From Nematocida ausubeli (Eukaryota), in contig NW_026515634.1 in NCBI RefSeq assembly GCF_000738915.1, forward strand, positions 372,001 to 404,115: 32,115 nt of DNA, read 5' to 3'. The translations under genes were made by a program, and so were the position numbers. The notes beneath the pieces were generated by a model that worked only from the letters and a program-made list of their open reading frames with translations, searched no databases and was not told the DNA's origin. Below, one piece after another: positions 26,524 through 32,115 of this stretch. Every line of letters begins with the position of its first letter. Within the stretch, counting starts at the first letter, position 1.

Positions 26524-27732
26524 ATGAGCATGAAGGAAAATGAGAATAGAGGGCCATTTATAGACCACACTGACATCTATATTAAAAAGATGGTGGAGCT
26601 GATTAAACACTGCATACTAATGTTGAATGAAGAGATAGGGCTAATCTCAAAGCTGTTGGAAGAAAAGCCTCTCATTGTTGGAAAGGTAAAAAATAATGAA
26701 CGGGCGGAAGAAACCATTAAAAAAGTAAGCGTAGAGATTGAAAAGCTAGAGGTGTTTAGAACAACATTTGTTCCATATATAAAAGACGTTGTGCGGCAGA
26801 ACAGAACAGAATATAGAATAGTAAAGCAAACAGAGATACAGATAAAGGACAAGCGGTCTGAGACAGTAGGAAACATGAATGTCCTATTTATAGAGATAAT
26901 ACAGCTGATAGAGTATATTGGAGAGAACGCCATTGAGCAGAATCCAGCAGACGAGAAGACTAACAGCATAATTAAAGAAATGTGCGATGCAGCAGTGCAA
27001 AAGACATTTCAAAATCTGGAGTCCATACAGAAATTCAACTATGTGGAGAAGCCCGAGATTCCATTGCTGAACACTGCTCCCAGGCCGAAAGTAAAGAAGG
27101 TCTCAGCAATTCGCACTATTTTTAGATACTATGTTAGAATAGGTGTGCTTTGCGTCATTACACTGCTTGGAATGCTGCTTGGAGTGATCCATATGGGCGT
27201 GCTAAGACAGGAGAGCAGAGCCCAGGCGATTCCTTTGGAGTTTATTCTTGGCCTACCCGTAGCCACTGCAGGGTGCATCTGCATGGTTATGCATTGCAGA
27301 AACAACAACAAAGCCTATTATAAAGACGCATCTCTCTCATCATGCATTGCTCTATGCGCATTCCAAGGCCTGCTTACTATATGCACCGGGCTGTATATAT
27401 ATTTCTTTCTTTGCAAGATCATGAACACATGCCTGTCCATGTGGAGCAATTTAAACATGTATCTTTTCATGTGGATGTACAGCATACTCTCTATGGCAAT
27501 GTTCTATAACAGCATTAGACTTGAAAAACAGATGTCTGCCTGCAAGAATATCCGAAGAAGAATGCTTTTTATGGCGCTGTATGGCGCATATCTGTATTCA
27601 GGCATTCTTCACATAGGCCTTATTGTGCATCTGCTTGTGATTATTGGTACCAGTACCAAGGACAGTGACTCCCTCGCATTTATTTCTAAAATAATTTCAC
27701 GCTTCATCATATACGTTCCATGGGTATCTTAA
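26524..27732 (+). CDS. Hypothetical membrane protein: N-terminal coiled-coil/helical domain plus ~5 C-terminal transmembrane helices
   Basis: 402-aa ORF from the first ATG (26524). Hydrophobic segments IGVLCVITLLGMLLGVI, FILGLPVATAGCICMVM, CIALCAFQGLLTICTGLYIYFFL, MYLFMWMYSILSMAMFY, MLFMALYGAYLYSGILHIGLIVHLLVII. Confidence 0.8.
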   Translation: MSMKENENRGPFIDHTDIYIKKMVELIKHCILMLNEEIGLISKLLEEKPLIVGKVKNNERAEETIKKVSVEIEKLEVFRTTFVPYIKDVVRQNRTEYRIVKQTEIQIKDKRSETVGNMNVLFIEIIQLIEYIGENAIEQNPADEKTNSIIKEMCDAAVQKTFQNLESIQKFNYVEKPEIPLLNTAPRPKVKKVSAIRTIFRYYVRIGVLCVITLLGMLLGVIHMGVLRQESRAQAIPLEFILGLPVATAGCICMVMHCRNNNKAYYKDASLSSCIALCAFQGLLTICTGLYIYFFLCKIMNTCLSMWSNLNMYLFMWMYSILSMAMFYNSIRLEKQMSACKNIRRRMLFMALYGAYLYSGILHIGLIVHLLVIIGTSTKDSDSLAFISKIISRFIIYVPWVS

Positions 27733-28088
27733 TACGGGTGATGCCTTTTTCTGACAGCACTCTATATAAAGATATTTGTACAGCAAGAAAGAAGATTCTC
27801 TACTCTAAAAACCTCTAGCAGGAAATAGTGCTATATTATAGGAAAAGAACCCGTGCAATGCACAATTATTAGTTGCACTGAGGCAAAATGAGGGAGACAT
27901 GCCTACGTATGGGTATATTGGATCGGTTTCAGGGTGCTGCAACTAAACTCACTATGCTACCCAAGTGGCTTTAGAAAATATATAGAGAAATGCAAGAAAT
28001 CGAGTTACCAGCATCTATTTATTAAAATAAACAAGAAGTTCTTTTGTACTTCGTATGGTAATTATATATTCACCAATAGCTATTTTGG

Positions 28089-29756
28089 CTATTGCTCTTT
28101 GTCTACTCCTAGGCATGCCGACAGGAAGGCTATAAAGCAAGGCCTTGGGGCGTCTGGCTTGGAAAGGAACTCTGGATGGAACTGCACTCCGCAATAGAAA
28201 GGATGCTCTGGGATCTCAAGTGCATCTATATAGTTCTTGTGCCTTGCTGCAATCTTAAGGCCATTCTTTTCAAAGTCTGCAATGTACTTCACATTTACTC
28301 CATACCTGTGTCTAAATCTTTCAGATATAATAGAGCCGTTTGAGTTTCCATAGAAAGCTGCCATTCGGGATCCAGCAATTGTCTCTGTTTCGTGCCTTCC
28401 AATGCGCATATGGTTTGAGTGCTTAGAAATAATCAATGAATGAGGAACTGTTCTATCCTGGTTGGCACCAAACTCATTGATTCTGTCATCAATAATGGTA
28501 TGTATGTCCTCTTCTTCAGCAACCAGCTCCTCGCTTGTTGCATTTTGAATATTCAGAATGCTTCTTGCATACTCAATTGCAATCACCTGCATTCCTAGGC
28601 ATATGCCAAGAAGAGGGATTTTGTTGACTCTTGCATATCCTGCAACAAGTATCATCTGCTCCACACCTCTCTTTCCAAATCCTCCTGGTATTACTATTCC
28701 ATCAAACTCTTTAAGAATAGAAAGATTTTCAGATTTCAAGAAGAATGAGGTATCAAAGTATGTTGTTTCAATGTCTGCACTCAGCTCATCAACCGAGCCT
28801 GCAAACTTCAGCGATTCTTTAATAGAAAGATACGCATCCTCGTGGTTGCTGTATTTCCCAACAATCGCGACCTTGCAGGTGTGCTTTTTTTCATCTGTTA
28901 TTTTTTCGAAATACTTGCCTTTCTCTAGCATGTGATCAGAAACAACAGGCTTCATGTTCAGCCTCTTTTGAAGGTAGCTCAGAATTCCGGTCTGTTTTAA
29001 AAGTAACTCTGGAACAGAAAGCACATTGCAGTTTGGCATCAACACTAGCTTTTCAACACCTGTGAAAAGTGATATTTTCTCCAAAGCCTCTTTTGCCACA
29101 GCGGTTTCTGATCTGCACACTATCACATCGTATGGGATGCCCAGCTCTCTTGCTCTCTTTGCGGACCCCTGGATTGGCTTTGTCTTGTGCTCACCGTTCA
29201 CCTCAAGCGCATAGTCCACGCCAATGACGACAAATTTCTCTCTTCCCTCTTCCACATACATCTGCCTTAGCGCCTCGATGAAAGTTGTGGACTCAATGTC
29301 CCCTACTATTCCTCCCAGCTCAATCACACAGACAGTTGGTGTTGTTGTGTTGTTCTCAATGGGAAGGCATGCTGCATTTCGGATGCTATTTTTAATGTGG
29401 TCTGTCACATGGGGCACTACCTGCACTGTTTTTCCAAGATACTCTCCTTCTCTTTCCCTCTTGATTACTTCGCTGTATATGCGCCCGCTTGTTATACTGT
29501 TGAACTTTGTGAGATTGGACCCCAGGAATCTTTCGTAGTTTCCTAAGTCTAGATCCGTTTCTGTTCCATCATCCAAAACAAACACCTCTCCATGGTCTCT
29601 TGGTCCTAGCGTTCCTGCGTTGAAGTTTAAATACGGGTCAATCTTTACAATTGTCACATGCTCTCCTTCCTCCTTCAATATTCTTCCTACACTACTTGCT
29701 ATAACTCCTTTTCCTACTCCGGAAATAACTCCTCCGCATACCAAAATGTACTTCAT
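28089..29756 (-). CDS. URA7: CTP synthase
   Basis: MKYILVCGGVISGVGKG, KIDPYLN, HGEVFVLDDG.ETDLDLGNYERF, GKTVQVVPHVT, KTKP.Q, PGGFG.RG, GICLGMQ, ERFRHRY, QFHPE. Confidence 0.98.
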   Translation of the reverse strand: MKYILVCGGVISGVGKGVIASSVGRILKEEGEHVTIVKIDPYLNFNAGTLGPRDHGEVFVLDDGTETDLDLGNYERFLGSNLTKFNSITSGRIYSEVIKREREGEYLGKTVQVVPHVTDHIKNSIRNAACLPIENNTTTPTVCVIELGGIVGDIESTTFIEALRQMYVEEGREKFVVIGVDYALEVNGEHKTKPIQGSAKRARELGIPYDVIVCRSETAVAKEALEKISLFTGVEKLVLMPNCNVLSVPELLLKQTGILSYLQKRLNMKPVVSDHMLEKGKYFEKITDEKKHTCKVAIVGKYSNHEDAYLSIKESLKFAGSVDELSADIETTYFDTSFFLKSENLSILKEFDGIVIPGGFGKRGVEQMILVAGYARVNKIPLLGICLGMQVIAIEYARSILNIQNATSEELVAEEEDIHTIIDDRINEFGANQDRTVPHSLIISKHSNHMRIGRHETETIAGSRMAAFYGNSNGSIISERFRHRYGVNVKYIADFEKNGLKIAARHKNYIDALEIPEHPFYCGVQFHPEFLSKPDAPRPCFIAFLSACLGVDKEQ

Positions 29757-31418
29757 AAATTTAAAATTTTTTTTCTATTTATAGATTGCCTATATCTTTA
29801 TTTTGAATTTTGTAACGGCTCTTTGCATTTAAAACATGTTTTACTAAATATAGACGTGCTCTTTTTTACTCTTTTGATCTCATTCATATAGCCTCTAACT
29901 AGATAGGCCATTTCCTTTACTGTTGAGTTGGTTTTCTAGAAGGTGTCATTTATAAACTTTGTCTTTATTTAATTTTCTAATTGTTTAAATAGCTTTAAAT
30001 GAAACATTTCTTCTCCTTGAGCTTATTTAGACCAATCAGATTATGGACCCTTTAATCTAATAATGGAAGGTTCTAATCACTTGTATCTTGTTTCATGGCG
30101 ATACAAATAGACCAATATTACGTAATGCGCCTGTCTTTAGGCTAAGCATATAACATGTTGCAAAGGCTACTAGTAGTCTGCTTTGGGTGTATTTATTTTA
30201 ATTAAAGTGCTTTATATTGCGTAATAAGTAAACATGTACCGCAGCCAAAAAATTATATATTAAAAAGAAACTACAAAGCTTCGTCTTTCTGTTTATTAGA
30301 AATTTGTGTGGAGAAATATAGACTGAAACTGCATTTGTGAGCATCTTCTAAAAAGTGTGAATGTGTTTATTTTCTTTTAATAAGTTCTTTTCGCTCTTCT
30401 ATTACTTCTTTTTATCCACCACACAGTCATATAAAATGCTCTTGGGCTATATATTAAAATCTTGAACACACAAGCTCGATTATACACTGGTGTTCCCTTT
30501 AAACTTAGCTATAATGATGAATAGTTGATTATTCGTTGCCAATAGAATATGTCTAGGAGTCTAAGTTTCCAAGCAGCTTTGTGTTTATGCGCGCGCCCCC
30601 TTGTAGCATGTTTTCTTGTAGTCAACAACTGAGATGCAATATTTAGCATTCGTGTATATCTTTGGTGCAGAGAAAGAACTGTGCATTCTCCTGGAAAGAA
30701 AAGCCAACAAGCCATATTTAGACCTATTATACAACATTTAGAAGTTAGAATGGTTGGTTGTTTGCTTGTTAATATATGCATATTTATGAAAATTACGGTT
30801 AAACATAGACTGGCTCTTTCTAAAGAGCCTTTATAAACTGGTTCACTTTTTTTTTATTTTTCTGGCTTAGCCTATTTCTTCTCTATTTTCATACTGGTTT
30901 AAAACATATATTTTAAATTTATAAATATAACAATGTGTATTCTGAAGAGTTTTATACAAAAAAAGACAAAGACTTAGGAAAATCGAAAAAAGTGCAAAAT
31001 CGAAAGAACCCCTGAGTCTGAACTATGAAAAAAATATAAAACACAGAAAGAACAAACTATATATATAGTATATAAGAAGAGCACCATCATCTGTGGGTTA
31101 TCTAAAACACTATTCTTATTCATAGAAACCAAATATGACAATCCGGCTATATTTGTCTATTCACGCCCATCTTTAAGCTATATATATTCCTTAGGAGTTA
31201 ATATCACTTGAGACCTATGAATAGAGGACAAGAAATTCCACCATGACTAAGCCTAATATATTAAGGAGAAACATCAGCTTAAACAACAACCACTCATAGA
31301 AGAGCACTTCACTTTAGATATCCGAAAAAGAAAAAACTGCCTCCATAGAACCCGTTAAGAAACAAGTGAAGAGTACTATAGCCATAATTTATTGGAAATA
31401 TAAAGAAAGAAAATTTTA

Positions 31419-32115
31419 TTAGAACGCATAGAAAATTCTACTTAAAAAGTCTATAACTTTGTAAAACCATGAGAAGATTCCAGAGCTTGGGCTATATAAT
31501 CTAATAAGATTATTAAAAATGGCGATAGAGTCTTTGTCACTACATAGCTGTTCCTTCAGTTTTTGGAGCATTTGAATAAATTTCTGCTTATCATCGTATG
31601 TAAAGGCATGCATTATGGAGTTGTTTGGAGTGCCAATGGCATTAAAATTTGACTTAATCAACTCCATATTTAGACTTTCCTCCGAAGTAAGATACAAGAA
31701 CCATATATAGTGGAGACTACTTATTATGTAATCTTTCTTTTCGGGATAGTCTCGTGCTAAAGCCTCATCAATCGCATAAGCATACTCCATGTTTTGGTCT
31801 CTAAATATATGTTCATAAACAGGTCTAGTTATTATCATGTTCAATACACTAATAATTTCATACTCAACACACGAATCAAATATGCTTATGTAGCGCTTAA
31901 TCCAGGTTATAAAAATAGATATATCACAATCTAGTACGTATCTAGCAAGTTCATAGGATTCTTTAGAACCCATAACAACTATATATACACTCTCTGACAG
32001 TTGTATATTTGGGTAGTAGGGTTTACTGTTGGTTTGCAGGTCTGCAAATACAACTGATGGGAGTATTTGCATCTGAATATGAAAATTGCCTAGCTCAGTG
32101 CTTCCTATTATGTTA
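31419..32115 (-). CDS. Hypothetical protein, probably 5'-truncated by window edge
   Basis: Track ORF 31419..32072. The frame stays open to the window end (NIIGSTELGNFHIQ-MQILP...). The stop TAA overlaps an AATAAA, and the C-terminus is hydrophobic/aromatic (GIFSWFYKVIDFLSRIFYAF). Confidence 0.7.
   Translation of the reverse strand, partial: NIIGSTELGNFHIQMQILPSVVFADLQTNSKPYYPNIQLSESVYIVVMGSKESYELARYVLDCDISIFITWIKRYISIFDSCVEYEIISVLNMIITRPVYEHIFRDQNMEYAYAIDEALARDYPEKKDYIISSLHYIWFLYLTSEESLNMELIKSNFNAIGTPNNSIMHAFTYDDKQKFIQMLQKLKEQLCSDKDSIAIFNNLIRLYSPSSGIFSWFYKVIDFLSRIFYAF

Noticed and set aside
1820..29538. Numerous 60-200 aa antisense or alternate-frame ORFs inside SEC23, CCR4, RPS7, the Sec8-like gene, Myb, Hsp70, ArfGAP, CTP synthase and others
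   Set aside because: They lie wholly within well-supported genes, many start at non-ATG codons, and they carry no motifs. They are typical shadow ORFs.
30509..30781. 90-aa minus-strand ORF in the large spacer
   Set aside because: No recognisable domain or start/stop signals. It cannot be excluded but is unsupported.
31008..31039. CCCCTG followed by an ATG at 31025, resembling the ribosomal-protein promoter motif
   Set aside because: It has no upstream T-tract, and the ORF is only MKKI-stop.
1..32115. tRNA, rRNA, CRISPR arrays, prokaryotic operons or defence systems
   Set aside because: The gene content is eukaryotic. No repeat-spacer array or cloverleaf was found, and the GGTTCGA near 2867 lies inside the SEC23 CDS.

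Overview
This is compact, apparently intron-free eukaryotic genomic DNA with the hallmarks of a microsporidian. A Nematocida-like lineage is my best guess, inferred from protein divergence, short AT-rich spacers, CCC/AAATTT start-proximal motifs and a mitosomal-type Hsp70. I find about 24 protein-coding genes: a partial RING-H2 protein, SEC23, CCR4, eS7, eL29, EXO1, a probable SEC8, a 4.5-repeat Myb (SNAP190-like), mtHsp70, ArfGAP, a stand-alone integrase-derived gene, an Erv sulfhydryl oxidase, KAE1, a chitin deacetylase-like protein, EAF6, ARD1, ERCC1, NC2-beta, uS10, BolA, CTP synthase and four lineage-specific hypothetical proteins. No tRNA, rRNA, CRISPR array or intact mobile element was recognised. 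The most notable observations are: (1) an intact HHCC+rve integrase gene whose D,D(35)E glutamate is replaced by Arg, with no element context (candidate domesticated gene); (2) two head-to-head gene pairs whose start codons are only 12 and 15 bp apart around a palindromic AAATTT; (3) a quasi-palindromic 204-bp spacer between two divergent ribosomal protein genes, sharing a T-tract-CCCTG motif with a third; (4) a SNAP190-like Myb protein; (5) a predicted pseudo-enzyme CE4 surface protein and an Erv with no shuttle cysteines. All protein calls come from visual motif recognition, not database searches.
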